Assembly (NCBI GenBank): GCA_951406725.2 | Contig: OX597825.1 | Location: 41,230,001 to 41,294,000, forward strand | DNA length: 64,000 nucleotides | Direction of reading: 5' to 3' | DNA from: Octopus vulgaris | Lineage: Eukaryota | Shown here: positions 14,123-26,685 of the stretch, piece after piece | How the letters are laid out: the number at the start of each line of letters is the position of its first letter | Position numbering within the stretch: position 1 is the stretch's first letter | Notes under the pieces: generated by a model | What the model saw: the letters and a program-made list of their open reading frames with translations, nothing else | Told to the model about the DNA's origin: nothing | Database searches by the model: none | Position numbers and translations under genes: made by a program

Positions 14123-15606
14123 TTAAAGTACGTGACACTCTTGTATTAGTCTAACACATAAAATATAAGCTCCATAGGAAACCGTGCAATACCTCAACTA
14201 CTGTAAAAATAATGTGTCATAACACTTCAGTTAGAAACACTGTAAAAATAACAGCTTAATATGGAATAAACTAAACAACTAAATCTTTCTCATCTCACAA
14301 ACTGTTGTGATAAAAAAAAAAATAGATGATGTGGTCCGGGGTACCCAACACACAAGAAAAAGACAAAGCTATAATAACTTTGCTTATAGAACTCCTCAGT
14401 TAGGTTTGAGTCATGAATACTGAGAACAATAATATATAAGGGAATTAGCAATGCTTCTATTTTTCATGCGAACATTTAAATAACAGTCTTTGAACAAACA
14501 GAAAAATGTGCTTACATCTAATCTGATCTCTGAACATGCTGCAAAGGACTTTTTACTCACAGAAAATAGAAGGGGATGGGGAAGGAGACCTTAGACTTTC
14601 TCATTCCAGCGTTTTTATCTCCCCACCCCCCTTGTACTGCCTACAAATATGACCACCAAACCAATCAGAAACTACTAGCTTTGTAGAAAAAGAATATGGA
14701 AGTGGGTGCAGGAAGATGATCAGGAATTTGCAAATATACACTGCTCTTATATTGGTGGGAAATAATTTTTTACAGTGGTCTTTCTCATATACTATTAACT
14801 AATCCAACCTCTGAATATGCTGCTTAGGGCTTTTCCCTAGTTAAAAAGACACGGATGGGGGTCATGATCGAAGGCTAGATTAATTGAAAGCACATGAAAA
14901 AAAGAATGAGGAAAAATAATTATTTCCCATTGAAACCAAGAGTGGGGTCGTATAAATTTACCACCTCATCATTATCCTCCAAAAAGAAACATACATATCA
15001 TACTTGGCAGCATATAAAATAGTTTTTTTTTCTATTTTAAAATCTATTTAAAAATTGGTTCTACATCTAAGGTGGTCATATTACAGATGAGAAACTGAGC
15101 TCTATAGACTAGGGAACTGGACTAGCAAAAATCTTCTCAGTACAATAATAGTCACTAATAATAAAATATTGAAAACAAACCAAATTATGACTGTCTGTTT
15201 GCAGGCATGGCTGTGTGGTTAAAAGCTTGCTTCCCTACCGCATTGTTCTAGGTTCAGTCCCAGTGCTTTTATATATGATAAATTTGTGGTTTCATTCTTT
15301 ATTTATCCATACTGTCACAGAATCATAAATTTTCCCTACAAAATCACTCTGAGATACGTTTGAATAGGTATATGATGAAACATACTAAATTTATTTTTCC
15401 ACAAAATATACTTGTAAAATAAGAATGTGTCTTGTGTCTTATATGCTGGCAAATATGGCATATATAAACAAATGTGATTCTTTCCCAAAAAATACACTTC
15501 ATATTCGTGGCTCTGATGAAGTTATAAGGTGTTAATCTGGCACTCAACTATGAGTCTACTGCATCTTATAGCAGAAACAGCTGTGAGCTAATGAAGTTCA
15601 TAAGCA

Positions 15607-15734
15607 AATCATTTATTCCCTTGTCATCTCTCTTTCTTATTACTGCTCTATACTTAGCTAACACTTCATGAGATAATCATTTATTCTTTTGTCATCTCTC
15701 TTTCTTATTACTGCTCTATACTTAGCTAACACTT
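15607..15734. repeat. Tandem duplication, 68-bp period, about 2 copies
   Basis: aatcatttattc..ttgtcatctctctttcttattactgctctatacttagctaacactt occurs at 15607 and at 15675. Confidence 0.92.
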
Positions 15735-16194
15735 TGTTCTCAAACATACATATATTGAGTTCTACACCAGATTATTAGTCTTTTAATGCCAAAGCAAAAT
15801 ATTAAAAGCATATGGTGGTTTTTGGAGTAATGGCTCTGATTTTAGCTAGTGGTATTTATATACCCTACTGAATCTTAATTTACTTTATATCATGTCTGTA
15901 AAGGTGTAAACTTGCTAGCTACCTTATCATTATAATAATACTTCTTTATTTAAATTTATGTGTGTGTGTGTTGTTGTAATTATATAAGAATAATAAATTT
16001 GTACCCTATAAGTTATTGAGTAACCCATCAGATTATTATGAAATTGTTTTTTATGGTAAAAAGAGAGATTTCTTTTCTCCAAGGTAACTGCAATGAATTT
16101 GCCTTTAGACACTGAAATATATTACTTATGCTTAAACACTGTTTTGGTGCTGTTACTGCTGTAATATATACATATATATATATATGTGTGTATA

Positions 16195-16620
16195 CAGGGT
16201 GCAATTGGTAAATTGTCACCATTTTACATTTTTAATTTCATGCATGTGCATTGTTTGTTTTTGATTTTGTCAACTACACAGTATAATTAGTTGGGGTCCG
16301 TCTGTGAGAAAAACACCACCATGACATAATTCACTCTGACAAAAATTTGGAAACAACATGCTGTACTGCTTCGCATTCTTACCAGAAGCTCCAATACAAA
16401 CATTTCAGCATGTGTGGGCGTCAAACTGAGGACAGTACAATCTGAGGACATGTAAAAAGAGTTATAAAAAATCAACCATCTGGTCAACATCGTGGTATTT
16501 AGAGTGATCACTAGTGATGGTGACATTATGCCGCCATTCATCGTCCCACATGGCCTCACACTCAACATGGAGGTCTACATCAAATACCTGAAGGCAGTAG
16601 AGTTGTCCTGAGGCAAGAGG
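16195..16620 (+). mobile_element. Tc1/mariner (IS630-Tc1-mariner) deletion derivative
   Basis: TA followed by cagggtgcaattggtaaattgtcacc at the start. Translated remnant GVITSDGDIMPPFIVPHGLTLNMEVYIKYLK is typical of the DDE core. Confidence 0.7.
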
Positions 16621-16624
16621 GTGG

Positions 16625-16910
16625 CTACTCAAAGAATCTTGGTCCAGGTTATGTGTTGTGTTCTTGAGCAAGACACTTTATTTCACATTGCTCCAGTTCA
16701 CTCAGCTGCAGAAATGAGTCGTGACATCACTGGTGTCAAGCTGTATTGGCCTTTGCCTTTCCCTTGGGTGACATCGGTGGCATGGAGAGGGAAGGCTGGT
16801 ATGCATGGGCGACTGCTGGTCTTCCATAAACAACCTTGCCCGGACTTGTGCCTTGGAGAGTAACTTTCTAGGTGCAATCCCATGGTCATTCATGACCAAA
16901 GGGGGTCTCC
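16625..16910 (+). mobile_element. SINE family D
   Basis: Opposite-orientation homolog of 7690-8012. Confidence 0.8.
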
Positions 16911-17055
16911 GATATATATATATATATATATATTAGCCAGTGGGGTGGCGTCATTTGAAGGCTAAAACAATGCGAAGTGCATTGTGACTAGCGATGTGTA
17001 GCAACATCTGATACCCTGGTTAGTCACGGTGATATATATATATATATATATATAT

Positions 17056-17672
17056 ATGGATGTGCAGTGTCAGTGTACATGTACAACAGAGCACTAATGT
17101 ATTGAGAGGAAGGTTAGGCATAAGAATTATATGCAGTATGCAAGAGAGGAGACTGCACTGGTTTGGCCATGTGAAGCAGATAGATGAGGACAGTTGTCTA
17201 AGGATGTGGTGATCACTTAAAAGAAAAGGAAATTGTGGAGGGAGACCCAGGAAGACAAAGAACGAAGTATTAAAGGCCAATTTCCAAACATTGAGACTTA
17301 TGAAGGAGATGATAGAGAACCAAGATGTGGAGTGCATTGCCCTGTACTCATGAAGACCCATCCATCATAACAGAATTGATATCCTAAAACCAAGGTGACA
17401 TTTATAAAGCATTAGTATTGTTGCTGGTGCCAAGTAAGAAAGCTCTCATGCCGGTATCACATAAAAATCACTGGTAAATGGTACCATGTAAAAAGCACTC
17501 AGTTCACTCCATATAGTGGTTGGTGTTAGGAAATGCATCCAGCATTAGAAATTAAGCCAAAACAGGCTATGGAACTTGGTGTTGCCCCTGGTCTTGCCAG
17601 TTCCTATCAAGCTGTCCAACCCATGCCAGCATGGAAAACAGTCATTAAATGATGATGATGATGATGATGATT
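17056..17672 (+). mobile_element. RTE-clade LINE 3' end with family C tail
   Basis: ERRLHWFGHVKQ and GRPRKT remnants, then tail gtggttggtgttaggaa..catccagc..ccaacccatgccagcatgga..(gat)n. Confidence 0.8.
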
Positions 17673-17811
17673 GATGTGTGTGTGTGCGTGCATGTTTGTG
17701 TGTGAATGTGTGTGTGTGTGTGTATGTGTGTGTGTGTGTGTGTGTGTGTAAGTAAATAGAAGTATGCCATTAGTTGCTCACGTTTGTTTCAGGTAAGGAA
17801 AATAAATTAAT

Positions 17812-18020
17812 CCTGGTAGAAACATTAGCATGCCAGACAAGATGCTTAGTGGTATTTCATCTGTCATTACATTCTGAGTTCAAATTTCGCTGAGATCGAC
17901 TTTGCCTTTCATCCTTTCAGGTCAATAAATTAAGTAGCAGTTGCATACTGAGGTTGAACTAATTGATTGCCCCCCTCCCCAAAAATTTCAGGCCTTGTGC
18001 CTAGAGTAGAAAGAATAATT
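17812..18020 (+). mobile_element. SINE family B
   Basis: ttctgagttcaaatt..gactttgcctttcatcctttc..aaattaagta.cagttgca. Confidence 0.82.
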
Positions 18021-19553
18021 ATTAGTAAGTGTGTGTATGCGCATGTGTGTATTTGTGTGCATGTGTGTCCACTATAATGAGAAATAACTTAAAAAGAGAA
18101 AAGTGCATTTCCTATTGGAAATGATTTGGCGAGGTTTGCCAGAACTTGCCATATCTTAGAATAATTCTCCCTTCAGATATATTTAAAGGTAAAAGAAAAT
18201 TTGGTGAGCCATTTATTTGTTTGAATATTAATGTGATCATACAACCATGTTTGCTTTGTATGCAGAAAGGAAAGGAAATTGTCAATTCTGAATGTCACTC
18301 AAAGAAAGACTTTTAAAGTCAGGTGCTGTCTGAGAGAAGAAGAGTCAAATATAATAAATAATATTTACTAAGTCAATTTAATGCATACATACAAGAAAAT
18401 TATTTGGTGTATTAGGTAAAGAGGAATTACTAGTTATTTGTGGTGTTGGAAGGTGGCAGGTCACATATAGAAAGAGATGCAATGACAACATGAAATTTCA
18501 GTTCCTAGCTGGTGCACATTAAAGAGACAAGATGAAGTCATTCGAATAAAGCAATATAAAAGACAATTTTCCAGCATTATACACTAAATGTTTCTCGTCA
18601 CTTCACTATAGTGATGAGTGTCAGTTTTAGTGAACATTTCAGCTCAGAATATTTCTCTACTTTAGTATGACCTAGTTGAAAAACCAATGATTTTAGCTTT
18701 AATTTTAAAACACCTCTCCATAAAATACTGTTTGCATTGAGAGCAAAACAAATATTGACAAGTATATATATACCAAGTGCACATGTTTGTAAATTACAGC
18801 TAGACACAAACATAAACATACAAGGATGCAAACATTCGCTAATACAGACACACACACAAATACACAGACACAAATGCATGTACACACATTCAAGAAAATA
18901 TAGATTAACTTAAAATGTGTCTACAGTTTGTCCTTTACATCTTCAGTAATTTTCTTTAGACAGAGATTAAGATGAGAAGCAAGACAATAAATTACATACA
19001 TTAAACAAGTCTAAAAACATTGAAACTGTTTTTACTGCATAGATATTTTAATGCATTGCCAAGGCTTCTTTCAACAAAAGATAGAGAGCACTTATAAGGT
19101 ATCTTTTTTGTACTAACATTTACAGAAATGAAATACAGTATTCCTACCAAAACTATGAATAATTGCCCAGAGCAAGTGATAGAACTTGGCTTCATAATTA
19201 TAACTACGTTGAAAACACATCAAAATGCAAGATATTGGACGATTATAACAGTGTAAAGACAACATGATAGAAAATATCTTTAAAAAACAAATAGTAGAAA
19301 TTGAATAAGTCTGACTAATATGTACTGTGAATAGAGAAGAACCAGAATGGTTCACAAGAATGATATTGCCATAGACATCAGTTGTGACTAGACTAAAAGA
19401 GGTCACACCTACCATTGCACATGAGGTTAATTGATGATATATTAGCAGAGATTAAAGTTTGTAGGGAATCATTGTTCAGTCACCAGGTACAGTAACTCAG
19501 TGACCTGAAGATCATAGGAAATGACAATTGATTTTTTTTTCTGAATAAATAGA

Positions 19554-19606
<53 letters not shown>

Positions 19607-19771
19607 TGTAAATGTGAACAAAACACATGCATACATTCAATGAATACACATACACTATGCACACATACATTATCAGAATTTAGAGACTTTGAAAGATATC
19701 AAGTAAATCATTTTTAATGATGGAACTTCAAGTTGATAAGACTATATACATATATATATATACATATGTGC

Positions 19772-19827
<56 letters not shown>

Positions 19828-19984
19828 GTAATTTTTGGGACTAATGGGTATTTGTCAATTAGTGTGTTGAGCAAATGAATAAAGTACATACACAGTTTGA
19901 GCTACCTGGTGTCATCCACTGCTGGAGTATATTTCTGCTGGATCTACTTCAGGAATTCCACAGTATTAGTTGTGATAATAATAG

Positions 19985-20357
19985 TTGATGAAGAAGATGG
20001 AAGATATATTTGGCACTAGTCTTTATTCAGTATGACAATCATTTCAACTCATACTGAAATTGTCTGTTATGGGCAGTATTTTGAACATCTAATAGTGTTG
20101 CATAAATCCGTGCAGTTTGTGTCACATCAGATACATACAAAAGGATGGGATGTCCCACTAGATATACTGAGATGACCTATGTATGTTGTTCGTGCCTGCT
20201 GTATCTTGATCAAAGCTTGATGTGATACAAACTGCACAGATTTATGCAGCACAATTAGATGCATAAAATCCTACCCATAACAGTTTCAGAACGAGACAAA
20301 AAGATCGTCGTACTGAATAAAGACTAGTGCCAAATATATCTTCCATTTCCTTCATCA

Positions 20358-20358
<1 letters not shown>
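19985..20358. repeat. Fold-back element, ~140-bp inverted arms, flanked by (AAT)/(ATT)n
   Basis: ttgatgaagaagatggaagatatatttggcactagtctttattcagta pairs with tactgaataaagactagtgccaaatatatcttccatttccttcatcaa. The inner arms tgcataaatccgtgcagtttgtgtcacatca also pair. Confidence 0.92.
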
Positions 20359-20415
<57 letters not shown>

Positions 20416-20447
20416 TAGCATAAAGAAAATTGGGTTAAAAACATTCT

Positions 20448-20620
20448 TGCCTTGGTATAATGGTTAGAATACCTGTCAGATTCGCAGAAGATGTAGATTT
20501 GAGTCCCAATGACTGCCTTTCACTTTTTTCTCATTCAAAAAGGTTTTAACTCAATATTATACACACCATTATAGCATTATCTATTTTGAGTTCCACCATT
20601 AGAAATAGTTTACTTCATAT
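20448..20620 (+). pseudogene. Old tRNA-like (Glu-TTC-like) head element, copy 1 of 3
   Basis: ttggtataatggttagaatacc..attcgc..gatttgagtccc with degenerate A and B boxes. Diverged homologs start at about 21040 and 22913. Confidence 0.5.
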
Positions 20621-20682
20621 CTCTCAGAGTTTCTAAATTCTTATATTGTTAACATCTTACAACTGTCACTGGTAATCTCTCC

Positions 20683-21022
20683 TCTTTTACTTGTTTCAGT
20701 CATTTGACTGTGGCTATCCTGGGGCACTGCATTGAAGGGTTTTAGCTGAACAACTAAAGTACAGGGATGTAAACATACCAACACTGGTTGTCAAGCAGTG
20801 ATGGGGAACAAACACAGGCACCACCACCCCCCACACACACATACAATGGATGTCTTTCAGTTTCCATCTACCAAATCCACTTACAAGGGTTTGGTTGGCC
20901 CAAGATTACAGGAGAAGACACTTGCCCAAAGTGCCATGTAATGGGGTTGAACCCAGAATAATATGGTTGGGAAGCAAACTTCTTACCACTCACTCATGCC
21001 AGCAGCTTCTTACCACACAGCC
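20683..21022 (-). mobile_element. SINE family A
   Basis: cttttacttgtttcagtcatttgactgtggc...cttaccacacagcca. Confidence 0.85.
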
Positions 21023-21299
21023 AACAAAATTTGGAGTGTTGCTTTGGTATATTAGTTAAAGCATCCATCATGTTTGCAGATGCTGATCAAAGTTCTATAG
21101 GTGGCATTCAAATTTTTTCCATCTAAGGAGTTTTTAAACCCAGTATTCCATATTATTATTAATAGCTTTAGGTTAGGTGACAGTCTGGCAGAAATGTTAG
21201 CATGCTGAGCAAAATGCTTTGTGACTTTATGTTCTGAGTTCAAATATCTCCAAAGTCAACTTTGCCTTTCATCTATTTATGGTCAATAAAATAAATATC

Positions 21300-21377
21300 A
21301 GTTCTACATTTAAGAGACGAGGAATTATGTACATTATTTACATTTGATGGATATTCCTAAGGTATTTTTCGATGTTG

Positions 21378-21416
<39 letters not shown>

Positions 21417-21725
21417 TCACTGACTGGAATCAAACTCAGAATCTTGGGGTTGGTAACCTGTGCTCTTAACCATTACGCCATTTGCCCACAGGCATATGGC
21501 ATAGTGGTTAAGAGCACGGGCTACTAACCCCAAGATTCTGAGTTTGATTCCAGTCAGTGACCTGAATACTGATAATAACAACAACATCGAAAAATACCTT
21601 AGGAATGAGAACCCAGGTTCGAAAGTTCCTCAAGACACCTGATGAAGGCTGGAGGATATATCAGCTGAAACGTGTTAACAACAAACAAGATGAGGACAAA
21701 TATCCGTCAAATGTAAATGATATAA
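21300..21725. mobile_element. Palindromic element with two divergent tRNA-like units and a hammerhead motif (Penelope-associated/retrozyme-like)
   Basis: Inverted arms: atttacatttgatggatatt / aatatccgtcaaatgtaaat and attcctaaggtatttttcgatgttgttg / caacaacatcgaaaaataccttaggaat. tRNA-like halves at 21414-21486 (-) and 21491-21562 (+). Confidence 0.8.
21634..21676 (+). ncRNA. Minimal type-I hammerhead ribozyme motif (degenerate cleavage site)
   Basis: gacac-CTGATGA-a-GGCTG-gaggatatat-CAGCT-GAAAC-gtgtt: both conserved core boxes, a pairing helix II, and gacac/gtgtt complementarity for helix I. Confidence 0.6.
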
Positions 21726-22461
21726 ACAAGTACCAATTGCATCAACTGGGGTCGATGTGATTGACGTAACCCTCCCCCCAAATTGTTGGCTTTGTGCCAA
21801 AATTTGAAACCACTATTAATAGCTATATCTACTTTGAGTTCTACCATTAAAAATAACTGGTTTTAGATACATATAACTGCAGTATTGCTAATGAAATCAA
21901 CACAATCCACAAAAATACAAAAACAAATTTGGGTAACCTGAGTAAAGAAAGTGAATATGTGAGTGTATTAAACATCATTGTTATAGATTCCTCTTTTTAA
22001 AAGTTGAAGAGGCTAAGTTTTTTAAGTTATTACACTGGCATTGTAAAAAAGAAAACATTTCCTAAAAACATATATATATTTGAAAGTAATAGCAAATTGA
22101 AAATTCATTTTGAAACACGCCCACACACATGCATACACACACAAACATTGTGAAATTACTTTCTAATACTTTTTAAATTTGAAATTACATTCTAATATAT
22201 ATTTTTAATAAGAAATGTTTTCACTTTTATGATGCTTGTGTAATAATTTCAAAAAATTAGTCTCTTCAATTAAAAAGCGAAATCTGTAATAATAACATTT
22301 AATACATTTATATATGCTTTTTTTTTTTATTCAGGAAACCCAAGTCTATTTTTGTATTTTCTCAGATTGTTTTAGTTTTATAAGCAATCCTGCAGTTATA
22401 TGTATCTAGCCAAACATCATCATATAATTTACTTCTATCTCTCAAAGTCTTTTAATTCTTA

Positions 22462-22852
22462 TTTTGCTTCCTAACCACATAGTTTGAGATTCAGTCCCAC
22501 TGCACGACACCTTGGGTAAGTGTCTTCTGCTATAGTCACGTGCTGACCAAAGCCTTGTGAGTGGATTTGGTAGACAGAAACTGAAAAAAAATTCATCGTA
22601 TATATGTATGTATCTGTGTGTGTATGTCTTTTTGCCTATGTTTGTCTCCCTAAGACCACTTGACAAACCATGCTGGTGAGTTTATATCAGTGTAACTTTG
22701 TGGTTCAGCAAATGCAGTTGATAGAATAAGTACTAGGTTAAACAAAATATTAAGTCTCAGGGTCGATTTGTTTGACTAAAACCCTTCAAGGTGGTGCTCC
22801 AGCATGGCTGCAGTCAAATGATTGAAACAAGTAAAAGAATAAAAGAATAATA
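22462..22852 (+). mobile_element. SINE family A
   Basis: ttcagtcccactgcacgacaccttggg...gtggtgctccagcatggctgcagtcaaatga..aagtaaaagaataaaagaata. Confidence 0.87.
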
Positions 22853-23052
22853 ATTTTGCAATTCTTGTCAGTAAGAACAGAGTCTCTGAAATGGATGGGG
22901 AAAACTAAAGGTTTGCTTTGGTTTACTGGTTTAAATGCCATTCATATTTACAGAAGATATGGGTTTGATTCCCATGGGCAGCTTTTAACTTTTTTCCATC
23001 CAATGGGATTTTCAACCCAATATTCTACACGGTATTATTAATGGCTTTATTA

Positions 23053-23236
23053 AGGCAGTGAGCTGGCAGATTCATTACCACAGCTTTACATTTTGAGTTG
23101 AAATGCCACTGAGGTCAACTGTGTTCTATGTCCTTTCGGGGGTGATAAAATAAGTACCAGTTGAACATTGAAGTTGATGTAATTGACTTACCCTTTCCCA
23201 CAAAATTACTAGCCTTGTGCCAAAATTTGAAACCAT
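23053..23236 (+). mobile_element. SINE family B
   Basis: ggcagtgagctggcaga...aaataagtaccagttg...ccttgtgccaaaatttgaaacc. Confidence 0.8.
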
Positions 23237-23875
23237 TATTAATAGCTTTACCCCCTTTGAGAGTCCTACCTCTAAAAATAATTTAATACACTCGTGCACA
23301 CATATGTGAATGCATATATACATACACTCATGCATGTACACATACACTACACAAACACAGTGAAACTTGATAGTGGAACACACTTTAGCACTCTAGTAAG
23401 CTTATGATGGGAGAAACATTGGAGAGGTAATGACAAATTTGATAAATTAGTTGATAAGAAGTTAATAGATTTTTAGTTCAAATCTGGGGAACACATTTAT
23501 TTCTTTTTAATTTGTGTAGAACACTTAATTTTGATAGTTCACTGAATTGGCAGGACCAGAAACCAAATCTTCTTTTAATGCTTTTTATATCAATCTGTTG
23601 GAACTATCACTGGTTTTGCAATAGAAAACTTCATTTTAAAGTATTTATCTTAAAGTTAAAATAACACTCTCATAATTCTATGTGAAGAACATTTCCTTAA
23701 TTTATGCTCCAGCCACCAGCCTAATAATAATAAAGTTAGTTATTTAACAAAATTTCACCATTTTTCAAAGTTGATTGAAACAGTATCACAGCAATAGATA
23801 TCTTAAACATTTCTACAAACTATTGATAGACTATCTCATCCGAAGATATATTCATCTCAGTGGATATGTTCAGCA

Positions 23876-24135
23876 CAGTGGTTCTCAATCCTTTTTCACC
23901 TGTGAAACCTTTTGACCCCTATTTTTTGGATGGACCCTCATAGCGATTTGTTGTTTAAAAAAATCCTCTTATGTTTTTAGAATTAAAGATTAGGAATTGT
24001 ACAAAATTCTAAAAAAAAATTTTGTGTATTTTACAAGTATAGCCAATTTATTGCACATAAATTCTTGCTACAAAATTTTATATGGATTCTCCCTCCTGCT
24101 TCATGGGTCATATAGACCCTGGTTGTGAAGCACTG
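23876..24135. mobile_element. hAT (Charlie/MER5-like) MITE
   Basis: TIRs cagtggttctcaa / ttgtgaagcactg, with a degenerate 8-bp TSD gttcagca / atttagca. Confidence 0.7.
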
Positions 24136-24580
24136 ATTTAGCATCATAAAATTTCAGCTAAATACCAACATTTATAAATTTCAGTAAGCTAAATAAAACA
24201 TTTATCTACGAACAGTAAACTGTTGCTGTTGATTATCTTTGAATTATCCCTGACTAAACAAGATTTTCATGACCACCTGTGTCATTTTCCTGGATATTAT
24301 ATGCTGGCAAAATTGCATTATCTGATATTTCCATTTTTCTTTCTACAGGCTGCAGAGCAGAATTTGATAGAGATTTGGATGCAATTTGCAGTGTGCCAAA
24401 CAAATGCACAAGAGCTCTTTCACTGATATGTTACCGATAAGTCAATTTAAGTATGTAATTGTTTATTAAGATTGCAGTCTGTGGGTAAACTAAATATAGT
24501 TCATAGTGTTATTAAATCATCCTTATGTTTATTTCTCATGGCAGATGTTAGAATTATACAAATACAAGTATACCCTATAT

Positions 24581-24872
24581 CAGTGCTTCTTAAACTGTCT
24601 GATGTGGCATACTGGCAGTTTTTTTCCAATGTGCCAGGGACTGGTAATATTTCTTAGTAATATTAATTCATACTGGAAACAATATGTATAATGAAGATAA
24701 TAAAAGGTGACAGATTTTTTAATTTTATATTTATTTGTTTTGTAAACAAATAATACAATATTACATAAGCATTTTATAATATTTCTTTCTTTTCTGGAAA
24801 CTTGCTATGTACTGGCAGCTGATGGTTTGTGGACCAGCACCGGTCCATGGACCACCACTTTGAGTAGCATTG
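24581..24872. mobile_element. hAT MITE with perfect 8-bp TSD
   Basis: TIRs cagtgcttcttaaa / tttgagtagcattg. The TSD CCCTATAT lies at 24573-24580 and 24873-24880. Confidence 0.88.
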
Positions 24873-25184
24873 CCCTATATGACTTTATTTCTGAAAATCT
24901 TACATAAGCAAAATTACATTATACTAAACCTATTTTCTCTTTGATTTCCAACTTATTAACTGAGATGTGTTATGATAGTCTTTTTTCTTCTTGCTTTGTT
25001 TTTCTTTTTTTTTAAAGGTATCACCATCACATTTACACATGAAAATAATAATATTTAAACATGCACAATATAGTAGATAGTCATTGACAATATTTGAAAA
25101 TAATTTCAAAAGAAATATATAAGAATACAATAATAGGCAGTGCCCCAGCATGTCCAACATTTAATGATTGAAATGCTGTCATAG

Positions 25185-25500
25185 TAGATTTTCTGGAACC
25201 ACCATCGACACTGGTTTACGCTTATTGTCCGATCCCCATATACTGCATTAATATTCCTCCATTGCTTTGTTGCTATTTTTGAAATCATAAAACAAAATAT
25301 ACTGAATTTGCTCCTTTAGTCTCTTCCATCATAGCTTTGAAAACGTAACTGTTAAAATTGAACTGCACTCTTCAGAACTTGCACTAAGAATAAATACAAG
25401 GTAAAATTATTACCTGCTTTTATAGCAAGTTGATGCAGGTAGTTTATTCCACCCACCTCCAACATTTGGCTCATGCAATGGGAAAAAACGTATTATACCT
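25185..25500 (-). mobile_element. mariner fragment, same family as 4430-5353
   Basis: 25325-25490 aligns with 5162-5335 (ttccat.atagctttgaaa..taactgttaaaat.gaactgcactcttca). HTH remnant NINAVYGDRTISVNQCRWWFQK. Confidence 0.8.
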
Positions 25501-26499
25501 AATATTGTTTCTAAAAATAAATATACATACATATATATATATACAAATCATAACATAAAATTACAAACAAAATTATTAAGACATAACTGGGTTTCTGTGA
25601 GGCAGAATTACAGGTAATATCAATGAAATTAGTGATCATACTGTACAATTTTTGTAGGAACAGAATTCTGTAACCAAATTTTCCGTAACATTGGGGATGC
25701 CTGTATTTTACAAAAGTTGCATTTGTTATAGGTCAGAAGTTGTTTCTAGCCATTTTTGGAACTTGTCTGTTGGTATGAATATATTTTTTTTGTGGGAAAT
25801 ATGACTTAAGGATTCTACTTTCTTTTATACACTCAGAGTTGAATATCTTATGTTCCAAAATTGAAATTTTCATGTGTGCCAGAGTGTATTTGATCATAGA
25901 GATATTTGATTATGATACAAGAATAGCACTGTCACATGTTATATTAATAACGAGCTGAAAATTTGGAGTGCTAACTTCCTAGAGAAGCAATCTTCACTAA
26001 GCCAGTTGCAGACCACATACAAAGTACAGAGGCATTCTACTGGAGTACTGCACATACATATCTGAGACAGCATAGTTGATGCTAGCGAAAAAGTTTTATA
26101 CTGGATTGAAAAAATAGTCATTTGTTTAATTGACAAATTTCTACACACCCATAAAATCACTAGCTCATTGATGTGCTGTATCATTCCATCTCTTGTAATA
26201 TTTTTTGTTATAAGGCTTTTTTGCTGAATTAACAAGTTGTGGATGATCTTCACAAACCAAACTAATACATTTGTACAAAAAAGAAATCAACTTGAAAACT
26301 AGAGTAATAAGAATGTTACTTTGAACTTTTCAACTATAAATAAATTGTAATTTAGTTTAGCATTAACATTTGTTCTTCCTAGTGTATTCCACATATGTGT
26401 CCTTGATATATATTGATTTACATCATTTTAGATCTGTTTCACAGTACAGAATATTCCTTGTTAATTAAAGAAATACTGAAAGTTGTAGCGGGAAATATA

Positions 26500-26651
26500 T
26501 ATGTATGTATTTATGTCATTACTCAGTTCTATTTCAAGATTTCTTGCCAATAGAGAAAGAGCCAGTTTCTAACCTAGATCCAAGGCACCTTCAATGGAAT
26601 TTCAACAGCATCAACAGGGTATTTTTGTTTGTTTGTTTGCATGTATATATG

Positions 26652-26685
<34 letters not shown>

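Larger units (their letters stand above)
21175..21820 (+). mobile_element. SINE family B split by the palindromic tRNA/hammerhead insertion
   Basis: 5' half at 21175-21300 (tctgagttcaaat..actttgcctttcatc). 3' half at 21726-21812 (aagtaccaattgc..ggggtcgatgt..tgtgccaaaatttgaaac). Confidence 0.8.

Noticed and set aside
14560-14770. Possible promoter (AACCAATCAG, ATTGGT, ATTTGCAAAT motifs)
   Set aside because: Short motifs are expected by chance, and there is no CpG enrichment or linked exon.
15607-15734. CRISPR-like repeat-spacer pattern
   Set aside because: It has only two 68-bp-period units in eukaryotic DNA, so it is a simple tandem duplication.
21491-21562. Functional tRNA gene with ACT anticodon
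   Set aside because: The acceptor stem does not pair, the B-box is degenerate, and it is part of a palindromic mobile repeat.
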